A stretch of DNA of 64,000 nt from Candidatus Eiseniibacteriota bacterium (GTDB lineage: Bacteria; Joyebacterota; Joyebacteria; Joyebacterales; Joyebacteraceae), in NCBI GenBank assembly GCA_043815815.1, contig JBDRIO010000003.1:28360-92359 (forward strand), written 5' to 3'. The position numbers were made by a program, and so were the translations under genes. The notes below the pieces were generated by a model. That model did not search any database. It had not been told where the DNA came from and saw only the letters and a program-made list of their open reading frames with translations. This document shows, piece by piece, positions 55,232 through 64,000 of the stretch (within the stretch, counting starts at the first letter, position 1; each line of letters begins with the position of its first letter).

Positions 55232-55906
55232 ATGGCAAGAAGAATGATCACGCTCACGCTCGTGCTCGCGATGGTCGCGGGCGTCGTGGGCTGTGCCTCG
55301 ATGAGCCGCAGGGACACTGGAGTGGCCATCGGCGCAGGAGCGGGGGCCGTCGTCGGCGGAGCGATCGGCAGCCGGTCCGACAACACCGCGCTCGGAGCCA
55401 TACTCGGCGCCGTGGTCGGCGGAGCTGCCGGGGGCGTCATCGGCAACTACATGGACGACCAGGCCGAGGAGATGGAGCGCGACCTAGAGGGCGCCAGCAT
55501 CGAACGCGTCGGCGAGGGCATCAAGATCACCTTCCAGTCGGGAATCCTCTTCGACGTGGGCAAGGCGGACCTCAGGTATGAAGCCAGGGAGAGCCTGACC
55601 AGCCTCGCCGAGATCCTCAACAAGTACGACGACACGAACATCCTGCTCGAGGGCCACACGGACTCGGACGGAGCGGAAGACTACAACATGGCGCTCTCCG
55701 AGAGGCGCGCGCGCGCGGTCTCGAGCTTCCTGGCCCAGCGGCAGGTGATGTCACCGCGCATGACGATCATGTGGTACGGCGAGTCCCAGCCCGTGGCCGA
55801 CAACGCGACGGTGGAGGGCAAGCAGCAGAACAGACGCGTCGAGGTCGCGGTCATGGCCAACGACGATCTGAAGAAGGCGGCGGAGAAGCAGACGAAGCAG
55901 GGCTAG
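55232..55906 (+). CDS. OmpA-family lipoprotein (glycine-zipper plus OmpA_C peptidoglycan-binding domain)
   Basis: ATG 55232 follows GGAGGTGAAGAC. It has a lipobox (VVGC). Motifs are LLEGHTDSDGAEDYNMALSERRARAV and NRRVEV. Confidence 0.85.
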   Translation: MARRMITLTLVLAMVAGVVGCASMSRRDTGVAIGAGAGAVVGGAIGSRSDNTALGAILGAVVGGAAGGVIGNYMDDQAEEMERDLEGASIERVGEGIKITFQSGILFDVGKADLRYEARESLTSLAEILNKYDDTNILLEGHTDSDGAEDYNMALSERRARAVSSFLAQRQVMSPRMTIMWYGESQPVADNATVEGKQQNRRVEVAVMANDDLKKAAEKQTKQG

Positions 55907-56005
55907 ACCTGCTGAGCGTCCGTTCGCCGGCCGGGACCCATTGCGTCAGTTCGCCGGCGCCGTCCCGGCGTAGTCGGACGCCGAACAACGCTGAACGAAG
56001 ACTCA

Positions 56006-56033
56006 ACGGGGCCGCACTCGCGGCCCCGTTTGC
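56006..56033 (+). terminator. Intrinsic terminator
   Basis: ACGGGGCCGC-ACTC-GCGGCCCCGT followed by TTGCG. Confidence 0.55.
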
Positions 56034-56154
56034 GTCGTGCAGGCGCAGCCCGGCCGCCGGGGTTCGCGGAGCGGCACCGATCGTCGCGTCCCCACGCGGT
56101 GTGAGGTCGCGGCACGTGGCGCGTGCGGCACCGCTGACGCGATGGGGAGCCGTG

Positions 56155-56183
56155 TTGACTCGCCGCGGACGCGGGTCTATCCT
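56155..56183 (+). promoter_or_regulatory. Sigma70-type promoter
   Basis: TTGACT (56155..56160), a 17-nt spacer, then TATCCT (56178..56183). Confidence 0.55.
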
Positions 56184-56234
56184 GAGAGTGCCACGAGGTT
56201 CCCCCCATTCCCGCCCCCCCGGAGGATCATCATC

Positions 56235-57527
56235 ATGGTGCGCATGGCGATTCTCTCAGGAGTGCTGACCCTCGCGGCCGCCACGGCATCCGCGGCGACC
56301 ATCCTCGTGGACCTGGAAGGACACGGGGACCACTTGACCATACAGGAGGGCCTCAATGCGGCCGTGTCCGGGGACACGGTCGTCGTTGCGCCCGGCGTCT
56401 ACTCGGGCCCGCTGAATCGCGACATCGACTTCGGCGGACGCAGGGTGAAGCTCGTCTCGTCCGACGGAAGCGAGTCGACGATCATCGACTGCCAGTCCGC
56501 CGGAAGGGCGTTCGCCTTCTCGAACGGCGAGACGCGTGACGCCGTGGTCCGGGACCTGACGGTCAGGAACGGGTACGCCGTCGAGGGAGGGGCGGTCCGG
56601 CTCTACGAGGCGTCGCCCGCGTTCATCGGTTGCGTGTTCGAGGACAATGTCGGCGAGTTCGGGGGCGCGTTCTACGTAGGCCGCAGTTCCGAGACCAGCA
56701 TCGAGTGGTGCGAGTTCACGGACAACACCGCGGAGAAGTACGGCGGGGCGATCTACGCTCACGGGAGCCGACCCTACGTGTACGAGTGCGGCTTCACGGG
56801 GAACAGCTCCGCGATCAGCGGGGGCGCGATCTCGTGCAAGAGCTGGACGGTGAGCAGCATCTACAACTGCCGTTTTACCGGCAACTCGTCTCTCGACGGC
56901 GGCGCCGTATATGTCGCAACGCTGTACGGATGGGACCAGTGGGAGTGGGATACGACGCGCGTCGGGTTCTGCTGGTTCGCCGAGAACACCGCGGACCGAG
57001 GAGGAGCCTTGCTCGTTCGGGCCTTCTCGCAGGTCGACGTGGTCTGGAGCTCGTTCGTGCGCAACTCGGCCGAGCAGGGCGGCGCAGCATACTGCGAGAC
57101 CGACGCCGAGGGTTCGGTCCGGTTCCAGAGCTGCTCGATGCTCTACAACAACGCCGAGTACGGCGGGGGGCTCTGCTCGTCGGGCTTCTCGTACTACAAC
57201 GAGGTCGTGCTGGAGCAGTGTCTGATCGCCTTCAGCACGGAGGGCAGTTCCCTTCTGAGGCGCGACTACTCGCGCGTCACGGCGGACCTGTGTCTGGCGT
57301 ACGGAAACGCTGGTGGAGACGCCCTCTACGGCACGCGCAACCAGTTCACGGATCCGCTCCTCTGCGATGTGTACTCAGACGACTTCAACCTCTGCGAGAA
57401 CTCGCCGTGTCGAGGCGCCAACAACGAGTGGGGATTCCTCGTGGGGTCGTACAGACTCGTCTGCGGAGAGTGCGGATCGCAGGTGCGCGAGGCGTCGTGG
57501 GGGTCCATCAAGGCCCTGTATCGCTGA
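56235..57527 (+). CDS. Secreted parallel beta-helix repeat protein with the C-terminal tag (paralogue of 57770..59071)
   Basis: Start trimmed to ATG 56235 (GGAGG upstream), giving the signal peptide MVRMAILSGVLTLAAATASA. It has repeats of the form F.(G/D)N.(A/S)...GGA(I/V)Y. The tail is ...VCGECGSQVREASWGSIKALYR*. Confidence 0.8.
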   Translation: MVRMAILSGVLTLAAATASAATILVDLEGHGDHLTIQEGLNAAVSGDTVVVAPGVYSGPLNRDIDFGGRRVKLVSSDGSESTIIDCQSAGRAFAFSNGETRDAVVRDLTVRNGYAVEGGAVRLYEASPAFIGCVFEDNVGEFGGAFYVGRSSETSIEWCEFTDNTAEKYGGAIYAHGSRPYVYECGFTGNSSAISGGAISCKSWTVSSIYNCRFTGNSSLDGGAVYVATLYGWDQWEWDTTRVGFCWFAENTADRGGALLVRAFSQVDVVWSSFVRNSAEQGGAAYCETDAEGSVRFQSCSMLYNNAEYGGGLCSSGFSYYNEVVLEQCLIAFSTEGSSLLRRDYSRVTADLCLAYGNAGGDALYGTRNQFTDPLLCDVYSDDFNLCENSPCRGANNEWGFLVGSYRLVCGECGSQVREASWGSIKALYR

Positions 57528-57687
57528 GTCGCTCGCCCGTGGTCCCGCTCGCCGGGTGTCGGAGAGGCGCCGCCCCGCCCGCCTCTAAACGCGCCCCTCC
57601 CGGCCGTGTCGAACTGGCTGGGGGCAAACCTGAGGCGGGCGTCGGCGAAGGGGCCGCCACGCCCCCGGCCTCAAGATCGGAATGATG

Positions 57688-57716
57688 TTGTGCCGCGGGA
57701 GTCCCGGGACTAGACT
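57688..57716 (+). promoter_or_regulatory. Sigma70-type promoter (weaker -35)
   Basis: TTGTGC (57688..57693), a 17-nt spacer, then TAGACT (57711..57716). Confidence 0.45.
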
Positions 57717-57769
57717 GAGGGTACCGAGCGTCACCTGCCCCCCAGAGAATCCCCCCGTGGAGGACCAGC

Positions 57770-59071
57770 ATGATAGTACGTCTGACTATCGCCGTCGGCG
57801 TCCTTGCCATCGCGTTCGCGACGGCGCAGGCCGCGACCATCCACGTGGACGTGGGCGGAGGGGGAGACTTCCTGACGATCCAGGAGGGCGTGGACGCGGC
57901 GGCATCGGGTGATACCGTGCTCGTGGCGCCGGGAACCTACACCGGCGCGCTCAATCGCGACATCAACTTCGACGGCCGGCTGCTGAAGCTGATCGCGGAC
58001 GGCGGCAGAGACGCGACGGTCATCGACTGCCAGTCAGCCGGCAGGGCGTTCGTCTTTTCGAGCGGCGGGACGCCCGACGTCCGTGTGGAGGGGTTCACGG
58101 TCAGGAACGGGGCGGTCGGCGCCGGCAACGGGGGCGCGGTCTCGATGGCCGGTGGCTCGGCCACGTTCTTCGAGTGCGCCTTCGAGAACAACTCTGCCAC
58201 GTGGGGCGGCGTGTTCTACTTGGGACACGAGGCCTGGCCGTACATAGAGTACTGCACGTTCGAGGGCAACACCGCCGTGGACTACGGTGGCTGCATATAC
58301 ACGTACGCCTCGCAGCCGTACGTCTATGAGTGCGATTTCACGAACAACACCGCGGGCATCAGCGGCGGCGCCATATCGTGCAAGACGTGGACGGTGGCGA
58401 GCATCTACAACAGCCGATTCATCGGCAACAGCGCGCAGGACGGAGGCGCAATCTACATCGGCACGCTGTTCTCCCTGGACGACGACGTGGCCCCCTCGTA
58501 CATCGGGTTCAGCTGGTTCGAGGACAACACCGCCGACCGTGGAGGAGCGATATTCCTCAACAGCTTCTCGTGGGTGACCTCGATGTGGAACACGCTCGTC
58601 CGCAACACCGCCCAGCAGGGCGGGGCCGTCTTCTGCCAGACCGACGCGCAGGGGTCCCTCAAGCTGCAGAACTGCACGCTCGCCTACAACCACGGCGAGT
58701 ACGGGGGCGGCATATGCTCCGCGGGGAACTCCGCCTACAACCACCTGACCGTCGAGCAGTGCGTGATCGCCTTCAGCACGTCGGGCAACTCGCTGCACAG
58801 GCTGGACTACTCCCCCGTGAACGCCGACCTGAGCCTCGCCTTCGGGAATGAGGGGGGCGACGTCCTCTACGGCGGAGTGCGGAACCTCTTCGTCGATCCG
58901 CTCTTCTGCGACGTCTATTCGGACGACTTCAACCTGTGCGAGAACTCGCCGTGCAGGAGCGTGAACAACGAGTGGGGATTCCTGATGGGCTCGTTCCGGC
59001 AGGTCTGCGGAGAGTGCACGACGCCGGTGCAGGAGACATCGTGGGGTTCGATCAAGGCGATGTACCGCTGA
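57770..59071 (+). CDS. Secreted parallel beta-helix repeat protein with the C-terminal tag
   Basis: 433 aa with the signal peptide MIVRLTIAVGVLAIAFATAQA. It is collinear with 56235..57527 (for example DPLFCDVYSDDFNLCENSPCR in both). The tail is ...VCGECTTPVQETSWGSIKAMYR*. Confidence 0.8.
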   Translation: MIVRLTIAVGVLAIAFATAQAATIHVDVGGGGDFLTIQEGVDAAASGDTVLVAPGTYTGALNRDINFDGRLLKLIADGGRDATVIDCQSAGRAFVFSSGGTPDVRVEGFTVRNGAVGAGNGGAVSMAGGSATFFECAFENNSATWGGVFYLGHEAWPYIEYCTFEGNTAVDYGGCIYTYASQPYVYECDFTNNTAGISGGAISCKTWTVASIYNSRFIGNSAQDGGAIYIGTLFSLDDDVAPSYIGFSWFEDNTADRGGAIFLNSFSWVTSMWNTLVRNTAQQGGAVFCQTDAQGSLKLQNCTLAYNHGEYGGGICSAGNSAYNHLTVEQCVIAFSTSGNSLHRLDYSPVNADLSLAFGNEGGDVLYGGVRNLFVDPLFCDVYSDDFNLCENSPCRSVNNEWGFLMGSFRQVCGECTTPVQETSWGSIKAMYR

Positions 59072-59078
59072 CGCTACG

Positions 59079-61671
59079 CTAGATCGAGAACCAGTACGTG
59101 AGCTTCGCCAGAACGACGTTCTCTGGCTCGCTGTCGAACATCCCACCCGGATCGAGGGCGGGATCGAAACCGCCCACCGAGCCTCTGTCCTCGTAGAGGT
59201 CGCGGCCCTGCTTCCACACCAGATAGAACGTGCTCCCGGGCGCGTACTCCCACCGCAGGACCGCGTTGACGTTGACCGCGCTGTACTTGAAGTCGTAGTC
59301 GCTGACCGTGGCCGGGTCGAACTCCGGGACGTCGTCGGCCTCGTCGAACTCATAGCTGGCCGGGCGGGCGAGCTGCCGCGCGTTCGAGAACTCACCCACG
59401 GTCATGTAGGGCTGAGCGTACAACTGCAGCGACACGTTGCGCGTGAACAGGATATCGGCTCTGAGCGTGGCGTCGATCGTCCTGCGATCCATCTCGGCGA
59501 AGACGTAGCTCACGCCCCCGATGCCCCCTCCCGGGTTCTCGAAGTTCTCGACGTGCTGCGCGTCGGAGTGATGCTCCGCGTATCCCAGATCCAGTGAGAA
59601 CATGGTCGCGTCCGTGGCGGTCCAGCGGGTGTGGAGTTCGGCGTCGTAGGCCAGCGCCGCCCTTCTCGTTCCTGCTGTAGCTGCCCTCCAGCTCGCAGTG
59701 AACGGGCTTCCGCCAGTCGGTGCCGATCCCTCCCCACGCCCACATCGAGTCGAGGTCGGTCATGAGAGGCCCGCGTTCGCCGTCGTAGGTCCTGGTCTCG
59801 TACTTATCCACTCCGTCGAGGTCCCCCCCGCCTCCGAGCCACACGGCCCAGAAGTTGCGGAACTGCCAGAAGGAACTGGTGCTCAGGTCCAGCGACCGCG
59901 GCCTGCCCCTCCCGTACGACCAGATCTTCTCACCCGTATCTCTGTCGTATCCGGCCGCGTCGGCGTAGAGCCAGGCCCTCGATACGTTGACCTCCACGTT
60001 GCCCTGGGTGAAGGGCCCCTCCCCGTTCTCGGGGTGGTGCTCGAAGCGGAACCACGCTCCCGCGCCGATCTCGTCGGGCGCGCTCAGAAAGCCGACGTCG
60101 TTCAAGTCCAGCTTCTCCGTCTCCCACCTGCCGTGGACGCCGCCCATGAAGGTGCCGCCGCTCTTCCGCACCGACAGGGCTCCCGCGGTCCCGTGAATGG
60201 GCTCGTGCGGCCGCCCGGGATCGGAGAGCGAGGGCGCCGGATCGATCACGGAACCGATGACCGAGCCCTGGACGTTCAGCGTTCTGTCCCTGAAGTGGAG
60301 ATCGAAGTCGGCTCCGCTCGTCCACGCGTCCCGCGACAGGTAGCTGCCGAAGCTGTCGCGGTCGGCGGATTTGTACACGGCCGTCTGCAGGACGTTGAAG
60401 CGGTGATTGCCTTCGTTGAACTCCTTCCCGAACCTGCCGACGAAGTACTGCGCGGGCCGCTCGCCGTCGTTAAAGAGCTGGTGGGCCTGCCCGTCACCCG
60501 TCACGTCGGTGAGCGCGTAGAGCGCCGCGATAGAGTATCCGCTTGGCGTCTTCCCCGTGACCTTGCCGGCGGCCCGGATCCGCGAGTTCTCCTCCCCCGT
60601 GCCGATCCGCCGCGAGTAGAACATGTTGAAGTCGGGATGGCTGAAGAAGCGGCTCCCCTCGACGAAGAAGGGTCTCTTCTCCTGGTAGTAGGTCTCGAAC
60701 GGCGAGAGATTGAGGAGCGCCGGGTCGGCCTCGACCTGTCCGAAGTCGGGCTGGACGGCGGCGTTCAGAGTGAGATCCGCGGTGACACCGTACTTGACGT
60801 CGAGCCCGACGTTCTGGAAGTGGTCGAGACGGTCGTCGTCGCCCGTCGCGGACGGGTCTGTCGTGCGCGTCACGACGTACGGAAGCAGCTCGAGCTGGCG
60901 AGGCGCCGAGACTCCCGAGATGCCCGTCAGACTTCCGAACCTGCTCACGAAGCCCGTCTTGTCCCGGCTCCAGTTCGCCCACGAGGTATCCTCTCCCAGA
61001 TCGTAGAGGAACCGGTACACCTGACACCCCCACGTCATCTCGTCGGCGGGGCTGTAGCGGACGCAGGAGAACGGTATCTTCATCTCCACGTACCAGCCGT
61101 CTTCGTCCCGCCACGTGGCCGCGTCCCAGACGGCGTCCCAGTCACGGTCCATCATCCGTCCGTCGTCACCGACGTACCTGTCGCCTTGCACGCCCTCCGG
61201 GTTGACACGGAAGTTGTAGCCGCTCGTCCTGTCGTGATAGGTGTCGAGGTACAGACTGATCATGTCGGAGCTTCCGATCTGGTCGCGCCGACAGAGCTGA
61301 CTCTGGATGTCTTCGCAGCTCTCCTGCAGACAGGCCACGCCGAAGTAGACGGCGTCCTCGTCGTACACGACCTTGAAGATCGTCTCTTCCGTCGGAAGCT
61401 CGCCGCGAGCGGGATCCCAGGTGAGAAACCCGCACGCCGCCTCTGCCCGCGCCCAGAACGACTCGTCGAGACGCCCATCCAGCACGATCGCCTCACCGTC
61501 CAGCCTGAGCGCTGCGACCGAGGGCTCATCCGAGTCGCGGCCGTTCGACGTGGAGGACCCGTTCGACGCGCAGCCGTCGAGGCTGAAGGCAGGAAAGCCC
61601 GCCGGAGACGTGGAGACCGCGAGGATGAGAGCGAGAAGGGTCACACACGGGCAAGTGGCTGTGCTGCGCAA
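59079..61671 (-). pseudogene. CBM9-like plus DUF5916-like outer-membrane protein, split by a frameshift near 59650..59665
   Basis: Two overlapping track ORFs lie in different frames (59392..61821 and 59079..59603). The upstream frame makes sense through ...VHCELEGSYSRNEKGG. The other frame continues ALAYDAELHTRWTATDATMFSLDLGY...FYLVWKQGR...VLAKLTYWFSI*. The total length from TTG 61671 is not a multiple of 3. Confidence 0.6.
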
Positions 61672-61842
61672 TGTCACCTCCGTGCCGCGCACGCGGCTCT
61701 GCCTTCTGCTACACCGAATCGGGGTGGAAGGGGGCGATACGGAAGTTTTGACACGCCCGAAGCGCCGTTGGTTGGGCTCGGGGCCGGCGGCGGCGGCCGC
61801 GCGACGTGGACGAATGGTCAATGGTCACTCACCGCCTCGAGT

Positions 61843-62838
61843 TCAGTAGCCCTCTCTGACGTCGACGGGATGAGGGACCGGGCCTCCCGCGGCGGCGGCA
61901 TTGAGGGTGGCGGCGAGCGCGTCGACGCGGGCCTCTTCGACCTCCCTGACGGCGAACGCGCCGGCCCTGTGCGGACTCATGACGACGTTGTCCAGGTCGC
62001 GGAACGGGAAGCGCGAGGGCGGTGTGGAGACCCTGCTCTCCTCCGACTTCGGATACGCGTACCAGACATCGAGACCCGCCGCCCGGATCGAGCCCTCCGA
62101 GAGGGCGCGGAACAGCGCCTCCTCGTCGACTATCGGGGCGCGCGCGACGTTCACGACGACGGAGTCAGAAGGGAGAAGCGACAACTCGCGCTCGCCGATC
62201 AGGCCTCTGGTGGCGTCCGTGTGAGGGAGCGCGATCTGCAGAACGCCCGCACCGGGAAGAACGTCGTGGAGCGCGTCGGGCGGCAGGACGCGGTCCGGAC
62301 ACCCGGGCTCGACGTCCCCCGGTCTCCGCTTGAGAGCCGTGACGGACATGCCGAGCGCCCTGCACGCCGCGGCGATGCGCCGGCCGATGGCGCCGTAGCC
62401 CAGGACGACGGCCGTCCTCCCCTCGAGCAGGAGGGCCCGGCCAGGTTCGTACCTCGGGGACCAGTCGTCCCTCCGCATGCTGCGGTCGACCGGCACGATG
62501 GACTTGGAGGCGGCCAGCATGAGGGCGACGGCCATCTCGGCGGCGGGTGCCGCGTTGTGGTGGATGTTGTGGACGGCTATCTCGGGACGCTCGAGCAGCG
62601 CGAGCCTCGTCGATTGAGGGAGGCCGGACCAGGGAATCACGAGCATCTTGAGCGACGAACTCGCGGCGAGCTCGGACGGCGTGGGGCGCCCGGCCACGAG
62701 CACATCGTAGTCGGCGGCGTCGGGAAGGTCGGGTCCGACGGTCAGCCTCACGCCGGGGTCGAGCCGGGCGCGCAGGCGCCCGGGCGCCCACGACTCCGAC
62801 AGCTCCTGAACGTGAACGCTGAGCGCGGCCTCGGGCAT
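61843..62838 (-). CDS. D-isomer-specific 2-hydroxyacid dehydrogenase family (NAD-binding)
   Basis: 331 aa. Motifs are VLGYGAIGRRIAAACRALGM, VNVARAPIVDEEAL and AAGLDVW. Confidence 0.8.
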   Translation of the reverse strand: MPEAALSVHVQELSESWAPGRLRARLDPGVRLTVGPDLPDAADYDVLVAGRPTPSELAASSSLKMLVIPWSGLPQSTRLALLERPEIAVHNIHHNAAPAAEMAVALMLAASKSIVPVDRSMRRDDWSPRYEPGRALLLEGRTAVVLGYGAIGRRIAAACRALGMSVTALKRRPGDVEPGCPDRVLPPDALHDVLPGAGVLQIALPHTDATRGLIGERELSLLPSDSVVVNVARAPIVDEEALFRALSEGSIRAAGLDVWYAYPKSEESRVSTPPSRFPFRDLDNVVMSPHRAGAFAVREVEEARVDALAATLNAAAAGGPVPHPVDVREGY

Positions 62839-62857
62839 GGTCGTGTCGCGCGGCGGG

Positions 62858-64000
62858 CTAGCGCCCGTCGGCCCCTTCGACGAGGTCGTAGAGGAAGTGG
62901 ACGAGCGTCTGAATGCCGCGCCCCCACGTGGGAAGGTGCAGTTTCTCGTTCGGGCCGTGCACGCGGTCGTCGGGAAGAGAGAAACCGGTCAGCACGGAGT
63001 CGACGCCAAGTATCTCCTGCATCTGGCCCACCGCGGCGATGCTGCCGCCGCTCCTGTGAAACACGGGCGGCCTACCCCACACCGACTCCAGCGACCTCGC
63101 CAGCGCGCGGACGGCCGGCGCGTCGCGGTCGGTGATGGAGGCCGGGAACCCCTCGGAGTCCTGAAGCTCCCAGTGGATCGACGCCGGAGCGTGAGCCTCG
63201 ATGTGGCTGGCGAGCTGTCGACGCACGTCGTCAGGACGCTGGTCGGGGACCATCCGGACGGTTACGAGGGCCGAGGCGCCTGTGGGGATGGCCGCCTTCG
63301 GACTTCCGCCGTCGATGCAGATGACATCGAGGGCGGGACGTGCTCCGGCCCGCTCGACCGGCGCGTAGTCTCTGTCGCCCCAAAGCTCGGGCGCGCCTGA
63401 CTGCTCCAGGTATGCCTCCTCGTCCAGCGGAAGCGCCGCCATCTCTGCGCGCTCGCTCTCGGTGATCGGGCGCACGCTGTCGTAGAAGCCGGGGAGCACC
63501 ACGCGGCCCGCGGAATCGTGGAACCCGGCCACGAGGTCGCAGAGCGCGTGGATCGGGTTGCGGACCACACCTCCGTACCCTCCGGAGTGCAGATCCCGCG
63601 AGGGTCCGCTGATGGCGAGACGGCACATGAACATGCCTCGCAACCCGTAGTAGATCGTCGGAAGGTCCTCGCCCAGGATGCCCACGTCAGGATTGAGAAC
63701 GAAGTCGCACGCCAGGAGCTCGCGGTGCTTCCGGAGGAAGTCGGCGAGGTGCACCGACCCGATCTCCTCCTCTCCCTCTATCAGGAACTTCACGTTCACG
63801 GGCAGGGCGCCGGAACGCGCGGCGGCCTCCACGGCCGCGACGCAAGCCATGATCATTCCCTTGTTGTCCGACGCGCCCCTGGCGAGCAACTCGTCTCCGC
63901 GGATGACGGGCTCGTACGGATCGTTGTCCCAGGCGTCCAGGGGGGCCGCCGACTGGACGTCGTAGTGACCGTAGAACATCACCGTCGGTGCGGCCGGACC
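62858..64000 (-). CDS. M20-family dipeptidase/deacylase, C-terminal part; the gene continues past the right edge
   Basis: Motifs are FYGHYDVQ and RGASDNKG. The frame stays open from 63982 to 64000 (..GPAAPTVMFYGHYDVQ). Confidence 0.8.
   Translation of the reverse strand, partial: GPAAPTVMFYGHYDVQSAAPLDAWDNDPYEPVIRGDELLARGASDNKGMIMACVAAVEAAARSGALPVNVKFLIEGEEEIGSVHLADFLRKHRELLACDFVLNPDVGILGEDLPTIYYGLRGMFMCRLAISGPSRDLHSGGYGGVVRNPIHALCDLVAGFHDSAGRVVLPGFYDSVRPITESERAEMAALPLDEEAYLEQSGAPELWGDRDYAPVERAGARPALDVICIDGGSPKAAIPTGASALVTVRMVPDQRPDDVRRQLASHIEAHAPASIHWELQDSEGFPASITDRDAPAVRALARSLESVWGRPPVFHRSGGSIAAVGQMQEILGVDSVLTGFSLPDDRVHGPNEKLHLPTWGRGIQTLVHFLYDLVEGADGR

Noticed and set aside
59698-63135. 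A 1145-aa plus-strand ORF
   Set aside because: It lies antisense to the DUF5916-like, 2-hydroxyacid dehydrogenase and M20 genes. Its composition is Arg/Gly/Pro noise.
1-64000. Global TGA reassignment (genetic code 4 or 25) as the explanation for the two in-frame TGAs
   Set aside because: Many well-defined genes here terminate at TGA exactly at family-typical C-termini (for example the tag proteins ending at 52117, 57527 and 59071). The GC-rich composition is also unlike known UGA-recoding lineages.

Overview
This is a GC-rich bacterial chromosomal segment (GC judged by eye, not computed). I recognised no rRNA, tRNA, CRISPR array, transposase or integrase, and about 50 protein genes. Because of the GC content, the six-frame track holds many long spurious antisense or off-frame ORFs that are rich in Arg, Pro and Gly. 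I chose real genes from recognisable family motifs, signal peptides, GGAGG-type Shine-Dalgarno sites and TTGACx-17-TAxxxT promoters. Several longest-ORF starts were trimmed, and four genes missing or truncated in the track were added by hand translation.

Gene content, left to right:
- a tldD/pmbA-like pair
- a secreted GH13 amylase
- a rubredoxin, rubredoxin-reductase and two ferritin-like proteins in one operon
- a promoter-plus-terminator unit with no credible ORF (candidate sRNA)
- a GldG-like protein, a Na+/solute symporter, an atypical OmpR-type regulator and an M3 peptidase
- two small Cys-rich secreted paralogues, a nucleotidyltransferase, mnmA and a beta-barrel OMP
- a CBM-like protein, a membrane-domain::TonB-dependent-receptor fusion ORF and a DUF2723-TPR protein
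- several secreted hypotheticals, a C25 peptidase and a thioredoxin-like T9SS-tailed protein
- hflKC and a methyltransferase
- two triads of arylsulfotransferase(ASST)-like propeller paralogues flanking a Kelch lipoprotein and a sugar ABC operon
- three parallel beta-helix proteins, a six-FN3-module T9SS cargo protein and an OmpA-family lipoprotein
- a frameshifted CBM9/DUF5916-like barrel, a 2-hydroxyacid dehydrogenase and an M20 peptidase (partial)

Main leads:
1. Nine unrelated signal-peptide proteins end in the same roughly 10-residue tag, [ST]-W-G-x-[IL]-K-A-x-Y-R-COOH. I cannot assign it to any named sorting signal.
2. Two secreted proteins carry a single in-frame TGA followed by a hairpin at the same distance. 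One of these TGAs replaces the first Cys of a W-C-x-x-C-P motif, making it a candidate exported selenoprotein.
3. There are six membrane-anchored ASST-like paralogues in two tightly packed triads.
4. A polytopic membrane domain is fused in frame to a TonB-dependent receptor.
5. Tandem DNA repeats are seeded by gene 3' ends.

All family names are assigned from memory of motifs. No database search was run.
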